From the IMG/VR virus record IMGVR_UViG_3300029288_000060, positions 128,001 through 192,000 of that record: a stretch of DNA of 64,000 nucleotides; one strand, given 5' to 3'. The number at the start of each line of letters is the position of its first letter. Position 1 is the stretch's first letter. The notes under the pieces were generated by a model. The model had not been told where the DNA came from. It did not search any database and saw nothing but the letters and a program-made list of their open reading frames with translations. A program made the position numbers and the translations under genes. This stretch comes from a virus (taxonomy: Duplodnaviria > Caudoviricetes). Of the stretch, positions 18,978 through 29,278 are shown piece after piece.

Positions 18978-21185
18978 TTAAAACAATCTCATTGCTTCAT
19001 CTGCTTCAATTGAATCAATATGTCTATGAGAAATGATATTTATTGATTTATCTTCCACTAAGCTTCTTAAAAGGTTTGAAACATAACCAATATTCTGATC
19101 GTCAAGAGTATCAAAAATTTCATCTAATAACAAAATATTAGTTTTCATATCTTGAACACTATTTTGTAAATCACATAAGGATAATAAAATAGCTATATCT
19201 ATTATTCTAGTTTGACCGCCAGATAATTGCTTTCTATTATTAGCTTTAGTTTGAGTATCCAAAACATTTACATTTATTTTATCTCGATATTCCCCTGCTT
19301 TGGTTGTGGATATTGTGTCAAAACTGGCCTTATATCTACCACCAACCATTTCAAGATAATTCTCTACTGCAGCATTTAGAAATGGAATAGATTCATCAAT
19401 TAATAAAGACGGAATTCCAGTGGACGAAAACCCCATTTTCCAAAAATTTAAAACTTCTAATTCAGTCTCTGTTATAATTTTATCATTACTTAATTTTTTC
19501 TTTTCTTCTTCTAACTTTTCTTTTTCAGAAATATATCCAGTTAAAATTGTAAGATTATATTCTTCTTTGTCCTTACTTATAATTAATTGTTTATTTAATT
19601 CTATATCAGATTGAATTCTATTTATATTTTCTTGCCATTCCTTTTTCTTTGCTAATGATTCTAATAAATTATTTTTGTAAGAAAGAAGCTTATTTAAATT
19701 AGAATTCAACCCTTGTTTTTTAGAACTAATGTCTTCTTCTATTTCTTTCTTTTTTTCCATAAAGAGGGTGTTTAATTTTTCTTTTGCTTCGCTATGTTTA
19801 TTTGTTATTTCATGTTCTTTTTGATTAAAAACGTTTTCTGTATCTGTTTTCTTTGTTTCAAAAGATAGTTTTACTTCTTGAAATAAATTTGTTAACTGAT
19901 TTATTTTTTTATTTAATTCATAAATTGAAGTACGAGAATTCTTATTTTCTTCTTCTAATTGAGAATTTATTTTAATAAAATTTTCTAATGTATCAGTTAG
20001 ATGCTTTTTAATATCATCGTCTGTTAGTTTTTTACCGCAAGTAGGACATGTAGCTTCTGTTTTATTTAATGAGGTTTTTAATTTTAGAATTTCATCTTCA
20101 TTCTTTTTTATTTCTTTTTGGTTTGCGTCAATGGAATTTGTAAGTTGGATTTTATTATTATTTAGTTCTGTTTTGTCTCTATCTAGATTACTAGAATATT
20201 CTTGAAACTTTTTGGTCTCTTCTGAAATTAAATTTGTTTTATTTAACTTCTCTGTTGATATTAATTCTAAGGATTTATTATTAAACTCAGATTCCTTTAA
20301 ACTTTTCATACTCATTAAAGCATTTATTTTACTATTTAATTCTAAATCTATTTTTTCAATTTCACTTTGAATTGATGAAATTTTATCATTTGTATCATTC
20401 AACTCTAAATCATTGATATTATCAAAAAGTTTTTGTTTGTTATTTAACTCAGATAATTCTGCTTTTAATTGATTGATTTTTTGAGTTAAGCTATTAATTT
20501 CTTCATTTTTTCGTAAATAAAAGTTTCTTTTATCTTCCTCTGAAATGCAAATATTGTTTATAACATTCTCTATAAACTTACTATTTAAAACAATATTCTT
20601 ATCAATTTCATCTAATTTTAAAGTAACCTGTTTAATTCTTTTATTTGTTTCATCTTGATACATAACATAATTATCAAGTTGTAAAACTTTTCTAAAAATT
20701 TCTTTTCTATCAGAATCAGGTAAATCAGTAAAGAAATCCTTAACTTTTTGACCAAATAATAAAGTATTAGTAAATAATTTTTGAGGTATTAATATCTTTT
20801 CAATTTCAGGTAATACTTCTTTTTGACCTTTTTTATAAGGTGCGGTCATATCATTTTTAAAAAGAAGAACTGTATCCCCAAATTTTGAGTGTTTTACATA
20901 TCTATCAACTCTATAATTATCAAGAATCCCATTTAATTCAGATGTAAATTCAAGATATGTATGACAATTCTTTCCTACTGTATTATTAATCAAATCTGAT
21001 GAACGTGCGCCTTTGTCCGTTTCACCAAATAAACTAAATTGAACGCTAGCAAACATACTTGATTTTCCTGCTCCATTGGGACCTGTAATCAAAATAACTT
21101 TATTATTTTTAAATTCATATTCCATCAACTCTTTATAACAACAGAAATTTTCCATTCCTGTTTTTATAAAATTAATATTCTTCAT
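18978..21185 (-). CDS. Rad50/SbcC/gp46-like recombination ATPase
   Basis: Walker A GPNGAGKS, coiled coils with CPTC zinc hook, LSGG signature, LLLDE Walker B, ISH. Confidence 0.93.
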   Translation of the reverse strand: MKNINFIKTGMENFCCYKELMEYEFKNNKVILITGPNGAGKSSMFASVQFSLFGETDKGARSSDLINNTVGKNCHTYLEFTSELNGILDNYRVDRYVKHSKFGDTVLLFKNDMTAPYKKGQKEVLPEIEKILIPQKLFTNTLLFGQKVKDFFTDLPDSDRKEIFRKVLQLDNYVMYQDETNKRIKQVTLKLDEIDKNIVLNSKFIENVINNICISEEDKRNFYLRKNEEINSLTQKINQLKAELSELNNKQKLFDNINDLELNDTNDKISSIQSEIEKIDLELNSKINALMSMKSLKESEFNNKSLELISTEKLNKTNLISEETKKFQEYSSNLDRDKTELNNNKIQLTNSIDANQKEIKKNEDEILKLKTSLNKTEATCPTCGKKLTDDDIKKHLTDTLENFIKINSQLEEENKNSRTSIYELNKKINQLTNLFQEVKLSFETKKTDTENVFNQKEHEITNKHSEAKEKLNTLFMEKKKEIEEDISSKKQGLNSNLNKLLSYKNNLLESLAKKKEWQENINRIQSDIELNKQLIISKDKEEYNLTILTGYISEKEKLEEEKKKLSNDKIITETELEVLNFWKMGFSSTGIPSLLIDESIPFLNAAVENYLEMVGGRYKASFDTISTTKAGEYRDKINVNVLDTQTKANNRKQLSGGQTRIIDIAILLSLCDLQNSVQDMKTNILLLDEIFDTLDDQNIGYVSNLLRSLVEDKSINIISHRHIDSIEADEAMRLF

Positions 21186-21212
21186 ATAATTAAACCTTTC
21201 CTTTTAAAATAG

Positions 21213-21755
21213 TTAATCCCATAAATTCATATAATATTTTGCAAAAAGATTAAGACCATTTTGAAGTCTGTCGTAGTATTGATCTCTCTCTTCTTTATTA
21301 AGGTTATAGCTATCATCATATAAATCATCATGAATTTGCTGAAATGACCAAATCATTTCACCTAAAACCCAATCCCATCTTTTGAAAAAATTATCATCAT
21401 CTTCCCATTTTTCCACAGGTGCTGCTTCAGTCGATCTCAATCCAATTCCTTCTGGTACATCTTCGTCGGAAACGGGAGGAGCTCCGTGTTTTTCTTCATT
21501 GAACTTTTTTAACATTGGATAAATAATTTTTGATAATGTAAAATCCATTGACCATGTATCATAATTGTCTATTCTAATTTTTGTTTTAATTTTTTTCTTA
21601 TCTTGAATCCACTGACAAAAGTCTTTTACCCATGTATTCGATAACCATTTACCAATTTTATTACAGGTTTCTTGTGAAACACCTACTTTCTGTAACAACT
21701 CCGCAATTTGATATGGACCAATCCAATCCTTATAAGGACCAATATAAACTTTCAT
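21213..21755 (-). CDS. Phage hypothetical protein
   Basis: 180-aa Trp-rich ORF between the Mre11 and Rad50 genes. Confidence 0.65.
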   Translation of the reverse strand: MKVYIGPYKDWIGPYQIAELLQKVGVSQETCNKIGKWLSNTWVKDFCQWIQDKKKIKTKIRIDNYDTWSMDFTLSKIIYPMLKKFNEEKHGAPPVSDEDVPEGIGLRSTEAAPVEKWEDDDNFFKRWDWVLGEMIWSFQQIHDDLYDDSYNLNKEERDQYYDRLQNGLNLFAKYYMNLWD

Positions 21756-21763
21756 AATTTCTC

Positions 21764-22765
21764 CTATAATTCACAGTTATTCATAATATCTAAAGCTATA
21801 TTCTTATATAATTCTCTTTTATCAATTGATATTTCTTTTATTTCTAAAAATCTATCTATTTTATCAGAAGAACTCATTCCAGATGTAATTCCTCTATTAG
21901 TAATATCTTTTTCTCTTTTATCAATTACATCAAAAGATTTTTCAATATCACTCATATCTAAATCATCTGTTTTATTTAACTTGATATAATGTCCTTCCGT
22001 TTTAATTTTTAATATTTTTTTCATTACATCATCTTTATTTTCTTTTGTAACATCAAATTCAAAATATTTTTTATAACCAGTACTTGGTACTGAAAAATCT
22101 GCACCTGATTCAAAATCAATTACTTTAAAAAACTTTTCTTGATTTTTATCATTCCAATCCAGTTGAATTAAAGAACCTACATATTCACAATTACCAACAA
22201 TTTGTGGAGTATGATAATGTCCTAAATATACTTTCTTATACTTTTTTAAATCTTTTAGTCCAATATCCGAAACTAAAGAAATCCCACTACTTAAAGTAGC
22301 TTCATTTAAACCTAAATGAGCAATTGCATAATCCGCATCTCCATTTTTTAAGTCGTTAATCATTGTTGTAGGATTCCACGGAACAAATAACACATTTTCA
22401 ATTTTAATTGTTTCATGTATTGTGGTTACATTTATTTCATTGTCTAAACATTTAATCGCGGAAACTCCATTGCCAGTCATTGAACTTAGATCATGATTCC
22501 CTGACATAATTATCCAATGAATATCTTTATTGTTTCTTATAATATCTAACAAAATAGACTGAGCTACTGAATAAATAATTGACTTATTATGGAATATGTC
22601 TCCTATGATAATTATTTTATTAATTTTATTATCTCTGGCATAATTGATCATATTTAGAATTGCTAAGTATATCCCACTCAATCTCTCGGGAAGACCAGTA
22701 TTTGAATCAATTTTATCATTATTATAAGCACTTAAATGTAAATCTGCACATGCTATAGCTTTCAT
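21764..22765 (-). CDS. Mre11/SbcD/gp47-like metallophosphoesterase nuclease
   Basis: ADLH, GDIFH, GNHD and GHYH motifs. Confidence 0.92.
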   Translation of the reverse strand: MKAIACADLHLSAYNNDKIDSNTGLPERLSGIYLAILNMINYARDNKINKIIIIGDIFHNKSIIYSVAQSILLDIIRNNKDIHWIIMSGNHDLSSMTGNGVSAIKCLDNEINVTTIHETIKIENVLFVPWNPTTMINDLKNGDADYAIAHLGLNEATLSSGISLVSDIGLKDLKKYKKVYLGHYHTPQIVGNCEYVGSLIQLDWNDKNQEKFFKVIDFESGADFSVPSTGYKKYFEFDVTKENKDDVMKKILKIKTEGHYIKLNKTDDLDMSDIEKSFDVIDKREKDITNRGITSGMSSSDKIDRFLEIKEISIDKRELYKNIALDIMNNCEL

Positions 22766-22773
22766 ATCAACTC

Positions 22774-23892
22774 CTATTTTATTTGTGTTAATTCTGGAAA
22801 TGGTGATTTACTAATAAAAATATTTTTTACATTATGAATATTATTTTTAAGTATATGTATAAAATCTTCTTCTGAATATTCACAAAATAATTCTCCTTCA
22901 TACATAAAAGAAAAATCTTGAAGTAAATCTAAGCAAGTAACAACTAAATTAATAGGAGATTTTTTTATATAATCGTCTTTACTTATTGCGTAATTTATTA
23001 AATCTAAATCTAATATCCCCTTTCTAAAATAACCCTGAAATTCGTTATAATCATTTTTTTCATAAGCATTATCTTCAATTTTTGATTCAATATATTCAGT
23101 TGTCATTGGACCATTTCCATGTCTAGTTTGGTATGCTCTCGTAACTAACCATACTTCTGGTTTAAATCCCATTTCTAATATATTTTTACTTCCTGTATTT
23201 GATCTTGTGACATGAGGGAAAAAACCAAAATTTTGATCTAGCATTAAACCTTGAGATCCTTCAAAAATTAAAGTTGATGGTTGAAGAATTTCAATAGTTT
23301 TATATATATCATCACAACAAATTATATTTTTAGATTGTCTTATTTTTTCACATGATGATAAAAACTTATCTGTATGGTTTTCAGCTAAATGCATAGAGTA
23401 ATATTGTGCTAATAGATTCAGTTTTATTTTTAATATAGAGGGATAATGAATATCTTCAAATAATATTGAATGGTGATCTTCTTCTCTTTGAAACGTTTGT
23501 CCTACTCCAACCCCGCAGCTTCCATGTTTACGACCTAATTTATTTACTTCTATATTATATGCTTTTTCATAGGTGGTTGTCAATGGACATTTTTTATCTA
23601 CATAGAGTATTGGATTTACTTTTGTTTTTAAAATATCTAATTCATTAAGTACTCCAACAGGATCAAAAGTACAATATTTAGTCCAATAAGTAGGAATAGA
23701 TTGCAAACCCCCACTTCCAAAATTTGAAAAAACATGTTCTGAACCATTTTCTAACATAACATGGTGTCCAGCTTGTTGACCGCCTGAAAATCTAACTACT
23801 AATGATTTTTTATTTAATGAACAAAGATAACTTACAACTTTTCCCTTTCCTTCATCACCAAACCCGCTTCCAAATACTGCGACGTATTGCAT
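22774..23892 (-). CDS. purA: Adenylosuccinate synthetase-like protein
   Basis: FGDEGKGK, RFSGGQQAGH, GSCGVG, FEGSQG, FPHVTRS, TRHGNGP. Confidence 0.85.
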   Translation of the reverse strand: MQYVAVFGSGFGDEGKGKVVSYLCSLNKKSLVVRFSGGQQAGHHVMLENGSEHVFSNFGSGGLQSIPTYWTKYCTFDPVGVLNELDILKTKVNPILYVDKKCPLTTTYEKAYNIEVNKLGRKHGSCGVGVGQTFQREEDHHSILFEDIHYPSILKIKLNLLAQYYSMHLAENHTDKFLSSCEKIRQSKNIICCDDIYKTIEILQPSTLIFEGSQGLMLDQNFGFFPHVTRSNTGSKNILEMGFKPEVWLVTRAYQTRHGNGPMTTEYIESKIEDNAYEKNDYNEFQGYFRKGILDLDLINYAISKDDYIKKSPINLVVTCLDLLQDFSFMYEGELFCEYSEEDFIHILKNNIHNVKNIFISKSPFPELTQIK

Positions 23893-23910
23893 AATATAAC
23901 TCCTTAATTG

Positions 23911-23945
23911 AAATCATAGGGAGATTTTAGATCTCCCTATGATTT
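23911..23945. terminator. Intergenic hairpin between the vWA and purA-like genes
   Basis: 15-bp perfect stem AAATCATAGGGAGAT/ATCTCCCTATGATTT, 5-nt loop. Confidence 0.55.
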
Positions 23946-23951
23946 ATAAGA

Positions 23952-24821
23952 TTACAGTATCATATCATCATTATTTTCTTTTATATCATTTTTAATTTTA
24001 TTAACCTCAACAATATTATTACTTATTGATTTGTTTACAACATTAATTATGCTTTGAACAACATCTTCTTTTTTCTCTATAATAATAAGATTATCTTTAC
24101 CTATTAACTGCATCCAACCATCCATCACTGATTGTCGTCTGCCATTAGTACCCTGCTTCATATGAATATGATATACTTCATATTTTTCTCTTGCTTTATC
24201 TAGCAAAAACACATCTTCATATGTTTCACATTGACCAGGTCCCATTATATTTTCTAAAGATCTTTTTGGAAGACATTTCAGCGTAGGCTCATCGCCTATA
24301 GTAATAAGAATTCCTTTTTGTCCTCTTTTTTCAAAACAATCTATCGATGTATGTTTCCATGCAAAATACCAGGCTAGTAAATAACTTTCACCAGCATTTC
24401 CTCCACCGCCACTTTCAATCCATAAACTAGTCAACCAATGATCCAGTAATTTATCGCTTGATTCAAATTGTCCTATTTGTAGAGGTGACCGATCACATTC
24501 ATGATCACCAATACCAGTAAATAATACTTGTGTATCATTAATACCAGAATCCATAATTCCCTTCATAATTTCTGGTAAACCTTCTTTTACCAAATAATGT
24601 GGAATTGAACCCATTGATCCAGTGACGTCTAAGGCTAAAAACAAAGCCAAACTCAATGGATGTTCTTCAGAATCTCTGGATTCACGAATTTCTACACCAT
24701 TTGGATCCATTGCATTATTCACTGAACGCTGCTTAAATATTTCAGTTGGTGATTTAGTTGTGTATCCCATATCATGGGACCGCAAAGCTCTATCATAATA
24801 TGAATACGCGCCACTACCCAT
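23952..24821 (-). CDS. von Willebrand factor A domain protein
   Basis: MIDAS-like DVTGSMG, GGGGNAGESY, ITIGDE. Confidence 0.82.
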   Translation of the reverse strand: MGSGAYSYYDRALRSHDMGYTTKSPTEIFKQRSVNNAMDPNGVEIRESRDSEEHPLSLALFLALDVTGSMGSIPHYLVKEGLPEIMKGIMDSGINDTQVLFTGIGDHECDRSPLQIGQFESSDKLLDHWLTSLWIESGGGGNAGESYLLAWYFAWKHTSIDCFEKRGQKGILITIGDEPTLKCLPKRSLENIMGPGQCETYEDVFLLDKAREKYEVYHIHMKQGTNGRRQSVMDGWMQLIGKDNLIIIEKKEDVVQSIINVVNKSISNNIVEVNKIKNDIKENNDDMIL

Positions 24822-25177
24822 TATTCACCTCCAAATAAATAAGCATATCTTCTTTTTGCAATTTCAAGTTTGATTTCTTCATTTCTAATTTTAACACCAA
24901 GATCAAGATCTTTAATTACATAAGCATCTGCATCAAAATCTTTTGCAGGTTTGAGATTTAAAGCATTATCTGGACTAAGATCTAACATATTTTCTTGTTC
25001 TCGTCTCCATCGTTTAATTCCAATTTCAAGATTTTCAATTTCTCGTTTATAAAGTAGCTCAACATCCTCTGTTATTGCTACTGCGCGATCTCCCCTTATC
25101 TGCTTATTATTTCTGGTAAGACTTTGTACAAATGCACCTTTTAATTCTTGAGTTTCATTTTGTTCATTTGTTTCCAT
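24821..25177 (-). CDS. Coiled-coil protein coupled to the vWA gene
   Basis: Heptad-like sequence; 1-nt overlap with the vWA start. Confidence 0.65.
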   Translation of the reverse strand: METNEQNETQELKGAFVQSLTRNNKQIRGDRAVAITEDVELLYKREIENLEIGIKRWRREQENMLDLSPDNALNLKPAKDFDADAYVIKDLDLGVKIRNEEIKLEIAKRRYAYLFGGE

Positions 25178-25213
25178 GATATTCTCCTTTTTTAATAGAA
25201 TTACACAATTCTC

Positions 25214-25537
25214 TTACTTTTCATTTAAAATTTTTAAAATTTTTTGTGACATAGATTTATTTCCAATATTAATATAGGTTGGTTCATTATCTGGTCCATA
25301 AGTTTCTTCAATAACATAACCCATCTCTTCAATAATTTTATGCATTTTAAAAAACTCATCATATTCAATATACTCATCAAAGTTAATATAATAATTTTGA
25401 AGCGTTCTAATTAATTCATCTGTACCTATATCTACATGTATATCTTTTAACTTATCATATAATTTTGTTGGATCTGGTATACATACAATAAATGAACAAG
25501 AACTACTATTGGTTACAAAATCTTGCTTAATTTTCAT
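25214..25537 (-). CDS. TNSSS-motif protein
   Basis: MKIKQDFVTNSSSCSF N-terminus. Confidence 0.75.
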   Translation of the reverse strand: MKIKQDFVTNSSSCSFIVCIPDPTKLYDKLKDIHVDIGTDELIRTLQNYYINFDEYIEYDEFFKMHKIIEEMGYVIEETYGPDNEPTYINIGNKSMSQKILKILNEK

Positions 25538-25743
25538 TGTTTACCTCCTTGAGTAATTAACTTTATTAAATCTTTTTCAGATATAGTTAATTCTAAAATG
25601 TTTGGTACAGTACAACACCCAGCACTATAACATGAAAGGTGATAATAATACCCAAACGAATGATATGTCGCTTTAATTATTTTTAATTTATGACCTAGAA
25701 AATAAACTAATTCTCCTTTTTTATAAATGTTTTTCATACTCAT
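25534..25743 (-). CDS. Small hypothetical protein
   Basis: 69-aa ORF overlapping neighbours, YKKGELV start. Confidence 0.5.
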   Translation of the reverse strand: MSMKNIYKKGELVYFLGHKLKIIKATYHSFGYYYHLSCYSAGCCTVPNILELTISEKDLIKLITQGGKQ

Positions 25744-26092
25744 TAATAAGTAATTCCATTTTGTTTTTCATTCGTTCACTGTTTATGTTTATTATCATGT
25801 CTGAATAATCAGCTCCATGGTCACTACGCACTATAGAATATTTATCTAATATATTGTATATTTCATCATAGAATTGTTTAAGTTCATTATAATCAGTAAA
25901 ATAAATATTATACTCCGCGTAATCTGCTTCCATACCATAGTCAACTACCCCACCACTTTTTATATAATTCAAATATTTTTCTAATTTTATATTTAAATCA
26001 TTATCTTCAGATTTTACTTGAATATCCATTGGTAATGCAATTATATAACAGGTAGAACTACTATTAGTTACAAAATCTTGTTTGATTTTCAT
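25721..26092 (-). CDS. TNSSS-motif protein
   Basis: MKIKQDFVTNSSSTCY N-terminus. Confidence 0.75.
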   Translation of the reverse strand: MKIKQDFVTNSSSTCYIIALPMDIQVKSEDNDLNIKLEKYLNYIKSGGVVDYGMEADYAEYNIYFTDYNELKQFYDEIYNILDKYSIVRSDHGADYSDMIININSERMKNKMELLINEYEKHL

Positions 26093-26422
26093 TTAATCAC
26101 AACTCAATATTTCAGCATTATGTTTTTCTAAAAATGGTTTTAACGATCTTATTTCAGCTCCTCCATATGGTATAGAGAACTGAATAATACTTCCATTATT
26201 TATTATAATATCATTCATTCTAATAAATAATTCATCCTCTTCTTCTAATTCAAAATCATCTATGATAGATTGTAATTCTTCTTTATTTGAACAAATTTTT
26301 GTATATGTCAAACAATTTAAGAGATCAAATAAAGGGTTATTCTCCTTTTCTATTTGTGTTGAACAAGAGATTATATATGATGTACTAGAACTATTAGTTA
26401 CAAAATCCTGCTTAATTTTCAT
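26093..26422 (-). CDS. TNSSS-motif protein
   Basis: MKIKQDFVTNSSSTSY N-terminus. Confidence 0.75.
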   Translation of the reverse strand: MKIKQDFVTNSSSTSYIISCSTQIEKENNPLFDLLNCLTYTKICSNKEELQSIIDDFELEEEDELFIRMNDIIINNGSIIQFSIPYGGAEIRSLKPFLEKHNAEILSCD

Positions 26423-26426
26423 TGAT

Positions 26427-27857
26427 TTACTCCTTTAAAATCTCAATGACTTTAGTTTCATCCAATAACATCTTTTTTCCATCATCTGATATAAATAAAT
26501 AATTAATCCCCCAATTTTTCTTTTTATAAAAATTTATTCTATTAAATAATGTTTGACGTATTTCTTTTACTCCAATATCCACTATATCAATTATTATTGG
26601 TTGTGATTTTCCCTCTTTAATTCTTAAGACTCTCCCGCACATTTGTTCAATATTAGATATTGGGCTTGTCATAATTAAACAATCTTTTTCGACGAGGTCT
26701 ACTCCATCTCGACATTTACCAGGAGTAGAAAATGTTAATTGTGGTTTTGTCTGATCTAATTTAGCACTGCCTACAAACATTCCTTTATCAATAGATTTAA
26801 AATCTTTATATAATAATTCTAATAATTTTATTCTCTCCGCCATAAATATAATTTGTTTATCTTCTTTACAAAACTTATTTATTAAAGCTTTACATATAGA
26901 TATAAACAACTTAGATTTTTTTAATATTGTAAGATATCTAGATTTTTGAAAAAATCCTCCATAGTATAAATAATAATAACTTTTTGGTAATATTCCAAAA
27001 TTAGTTAGTAAAACAGTTACTCTTGCATCCATTGTAGATGATTTACCTTCTGGTACATAAACTTTTCCAAGATGATATTCAATTATATCACCATTACCAT
27101 CCCATCGATATGGAGTTGCGCTAAGACCGAATACTATTTTTGCAGGGATGTGAATAGAACATTCTGCAAAAGTAGGTGCCCCTACAGTGGTATGTACCTC
27201 ATCAGCAATAAAAATTCCAATTTTTGCTTTATTTAATTCTATTAAAAATTCTTCTCTTTTACTTTTTAAAATAGAAGTAAATGTTTGATCTGTACAAATG
27301 ATAATAGATTTTGATAAAACCTCTTTAAAATTATTTGAGCTTAACCTTCCAATTTCATTTTTATCAATATCTGTATAACCTAAAAAACCTTGTTTTTTGT
27401 CTTGTTCACCAGGGCCTATCCATTGTTGAACAAGTGAATCCCTATGCACTAAAATAAAAGTTTTCTTTTTTAACTCAGCACAAACATATACACTAATAAC
27501 AGTTTTTCCAGAACCAGGATTAGCTTGAATAATTCCATTATTATGTGTAAGCATATAATCTACAATAGTTTTTTGTAAATCATCTCTTAATTGAATATTA
27601 TGGTTTATGTTAATATCTAGACCATCAGGGATATTTTCATTAATTTTAAAGTCCTTAATATATTCTTCTATTGGAAAAAATCTTGGAATCTTTAATACAT
27701 TAGGACCTTCAAGAAAATAATGATTTGTGATAAATGTTGACCTTTGGTATTCTTTGCTATGTCTTGTTAATTTTCTTTTAATATCATCATACCATTGGTT
27801 TTCTTCAAATTTTTTTCTTGAAATAACTATTCCTGATGTTTTATCTAATATTATCAT
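26427..27857 (-). CDS. Superfamily 2 helicase (UvsW/XPB-like)
   Basis: PGSGKT, DEVH, LSATP.R.DG and EQMCGRVLR motifs. Confidence 0.88.
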   Translation of the reverse strand: MIILDKTSGIVISRKKFEENQWYDDIKRKLTRHSKEYQRSTFITNHYFLEGPNVLKIPRFFPIEEYIKDFKINENIPDGLDININHNIQLRDDLQKTIVDYMLTHNNGIIQANPGSGKTVISVYVCAELKKKTFILVHRDSLVQQWIGPGEQDKKQGFLGYTDIDKNEIGRLSSNNFKEVLSKSIIICTDQTFTSILKSKREEFLIELNKAKIGIFIADEVHTTVGAPTFAECSIHIPAKIVFGLSATPYRWDGNGDIIEYHLGKVYVPEGKSSTMDARVTVLLTNFGILPKSYYYLYYGGFFQKSRYLTILKKSKLFISICKALINKFCKEDKQIIFMAERIKLLELLYKDFKSIDKGMFVGSAKLDQTKPQLTFSTPGKCRDGVDLVEKDCLIMTSPISNIEQMCGRVLRIKEGKSQPIIIDIVDIGVKEIRQTLFNRINFYKKKNWGINYLFISDDGKKMLLDETKVIEILKE

Positions 27858-27887
27858 ACTAATATTCCTTTATAATTCTAAATTATT

Positions 27888-28298
27888 TTATTCCTTATAT
27901 TCAGCTTTTGAATCTGGAGCTTCCCATATAATAATAGAATGAATTTCAACATTTTCTGGCAATATGTTTTCTGTTTTAAATTTATTATACAACCACTTAC
28001 AAAGATTTTCAGCTGTTGGATCTCCTTTAAAATAATTAATAAAACATAAATCCGGATTTATACTTTTATCATTTTCATTTATACACATGCCATGATCCCA
28101 ACTTGAAAGCATATTATTTACTAATACTTTTAGTTCAGAAAAATCCATAACCATATCAAATTTATTTAAAATATTTGACTTTATTGTAACCTCTACTTGA
28201 AACAGATGACCATGAAACTTAGAACATTTACTCAATCCTTCAAGTTTACTTAATCTGTGGCCCATTGGAAATGAAAATATCTTAGTCACGTAATACAT
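27888..28298 (-). CDS. queD: 6-carboxy-5,6,7,8-tetrahydropterin synthase
   Basis: Start MYYVTK at 28298 with GAGGAG RBS; GHRL, CSKFHGH, MVMDFSELK, WDH, PTAENL, IWE. Confidence 0.9.
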   Translation of the reverse strand: MYYVTKIFSFPMGHRLSKLEGLSKCSKFHGHLFQVEVTIKSNILNKFDMVMDFSELKVLVNNMLSSWDHGMCINENDKSINPDLCFINYFKGDPTAENLCKWLYNKFKTENILPENVEIHSIIIWEAPDSKAEYKE

Positions 28299-29199
28299 TA
28301 ATAACTCCTCCTTCATCTTTATACTCAACAATATTATTTTCTGTCAATATTCTTATAACAACAACATTAATATTTAGTTTTCTTAACATAACAAATAAAT
28401 AAAATACCATATTTTCAACTTGAAGATTTTGATTTGTATTTATTTTTTCAACAACCAAATTTTTTAAAATTATTGATATTTCATCAAAATCTATATTTGT
28501 AAAATTATTAAAATCTACTCTTTTACCTATAGCTAATTCTAATATAATTTTTTTATCTATTGTATAAGATAAATCATAATTCATGTCCAATTCTATTTTT
28601 TTGTATATTGTAATCTTTGGACCAGAATGGATTTTCCTATGACAACTCTCACATAATAATATTAAATTTTCTTCAGTATTGTTTCTATGATTTTCATCTA
28701 AATGGTGAACTCTCAACGATTCAAAACTATTACAAATTGCACACTGATTGCCATATTTATTTCTTATTTTATCTCTATAATTATTTTTATTAGTAAGTTT
28801 TTTATTTTTGCAAACTTTTGATGCACATTGACGACTACAAAACCTAGCTTTAGACGTGATTTTTGTATAAAAAGCTTCACCGCAATATTCACAGTTTACC
28901 GAAATAATAGGTGTTTTTTTAAATTCTGCTGCGCATTTGACTGAACAAAATGCTTGATTCCATTTTATTGGATTTCCACAACACTTACATAGATTTCTTT
29001 CATTGCTGTATTGAACTTTAATTTGATTTTCTATACATATTTTTGATAATTTTTCACTTCTGAAAATCATGTTTGGGTATTCTTCTCTGAATAATTTAAA
29101 CGTTTTACCATGGGTTTTTAAATGAGCTTCTGTTATTTGTTTTGTTTTTTTACCACAATAAGGACACTCCACATAATCAATACCATTTATTTCTTCCAT
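28282..29199 (-). CDS. Zinc-finger HNH endonuclease fused to a degenerate QueD-like domain
   Basis: CPYC..H...H finger, two FCSxxC motifs, CAIC..VHHLD.N..NN...NL..LC..CH...H; the last ~110 aa align by eye with the adjacent QueD. Confidence 0.75.
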   Translation of the reverse strand: MEEINGIDYVECPYCGKKTKQITEAHLKTHGKTFKLFREEYPNMIFRSEKLSKICIENQIKVQYSNERNLCKCCGNPIKWNQAFCSVKCAAEFKKTPIISVNCEYCGEAFYTKITSKARFCSRQCASKVCKNKKLTNKNNYRDKIRNKYGNQCAICNSFESLRVHHLDENHRNNTEENLILLCESCHRKIHSGPKITIYKKIELDMNYDLSYTIDKKIILELAIGKRVDFNNFTNIDFDEISIILKNLVVEKINTNQNLQVENMVFYLFVMLRKLNINVVVIRILTENNIVEYKDEGGVINVLRD

Positions 29200-29278
29200 T
29201 TTATCTCCTTTCTTATTTTTGTTCTATTTAGAAAGGAGGATTGTTATTTTTAATCCTATGCCCTACGCATAAAAATAT

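Noticed and set aside
22774-23892. PurZ and a Z-base (diaminopurine) genome
   Set aside because: The P-loop is GDEGKG with the PurA Asp rather than the PurZ Ser, and no dATPase partner is recognisable
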